Assembly: GCA_951406725.2 (NCBI GenBank)
Contig: OX597841.1
Coordinates: 8,618,001-8,682,000 of the forward strand
DNA from: Octopus vulgaris
Lineage: Eukaryota
Reading direction: 5' to 3'
DNA: 64,000 nt
The notes under the pieces were generated by a model. The model saw only the letters and a program-made list of their open reading frames with translations. It ran no database searches and was not told where the DNA came from. The translations under genes and the position numbers were made by a program. Shown here one piece after another: positions 63,196-64,000 of the stretch; the stretch's first letter is position 1; every line of letters starts with the position of its first letter.

Positions 63196-63630
63196 GCTCT
63201 TATAACAGAAAAAGGAAGTGAAAGTTTCCAAAGGTTATGCTTTTCTAATTTGTTTGCACACAATATATGCCAGAGGTCTCCAACTATTGTACCAAGTTAT
63301 CAACACACACTGCAGGCATATCACTCACGCGTTCGGAAGTTCGCTGAAGGAGCAGCATATTCAACAAAATTTCAAAAATTGCTCTCTTCATCCTAAAGGT
63401 ACATTAGAGACCTCATCTATATCCATGCTCCCTACCCGCCCCTTATTGAAATTTAAGTCGGAGGATGTGTAATAAACAAGCGAAGGAAGGGCACGGACGA
63501 CTCCAAGCGTTGTAGAGACAAGCATTGGCCTAAAGAATCAAATTTATAAATTAGCTACGAATTAAAAAAATAAAATAAAAATATTCTTATTGTCTTCTTG
63601 CTTCAATATATCAACACTTGTTAAAAAGTA

Positions 63631-63795
63631 CCGTAAATCCTCGAGTATAATCCGCATTTCTCCCCCCAAAAAATTTAAAGGTCAAAAGAGAAGTGGTGCG
63701 TATTATACACAAGGTTTAGGGTTTTCAGATGTATAGGCCCCTAAAAATCCCCTGCGTATTATACTCAAGGGCGGACTATACTTGAGGATTTACGG
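63631..63795. mobile_element. MITE (Tc1/mariner-pogo-like TIRs)
   Basis: TIRs CCGTAAATCCTCGAGTATAATCCGC / GCGGACTATACTTGAGGATTTACGG; TA on the left flank and CA on the right. Confidence 0.8.
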
Positions 63796-64000
63796 CAATA
63801 GTTCACAGAAAATACGAAGATAAAACATTGAATATACTTTGAAAAACTTTAAGCAGATTTTGTGACGTATTTGTAAAATGATGAATATGCCTTTCCTAAA
63901 TCATACATATATACATAGATACATAGGTTAACAACTCACATGTTAATTCTACGTTCTTGCTGAAATTAAGTGGACTCTCACTTGCCGGGATCTAAGAACC

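Overview
Eukaryotic, almost entirely repeat-derived 64 kb with no recognisable host protein-coding gene. The SINE types and the extreme TA/CA/TATG microsatellite load suggest a cephalopod (octopus-like) genome; this is an inference. Contents: two decayed RTE LINEs plus scrambled RTE tails; several CR1-like LINEs, three of them carried in a ~5.7-kb tandem array whose empty insertion site is still visible; a Penelope-like (Naiad-type GIY-YIG) element fused in frame to a CR1 RT; and three unrelated families carrying type I hammerhead ribozymes, one of them a 562-bp head-to-tail retrozyme-like array. There is also a nest of compact LTR retrotransposons (one apparently intact, two rearranged by fold-back inversion), tRNA-derived SINEs, a MITE and a 27-bp minisatellite. 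The most striking signals are two. (1) Both LTR families have a conserved non-canonical primer-binding site complementary to the 5' end (nt 1-12) of tRNA-Phe instead of a tRNA 3' CCA end, together with DIRS-like RT/RNase H motifs joined to a DDE integrase. (2) The hammerhead-containing 562-nt tandem array could yield circular RNAs.
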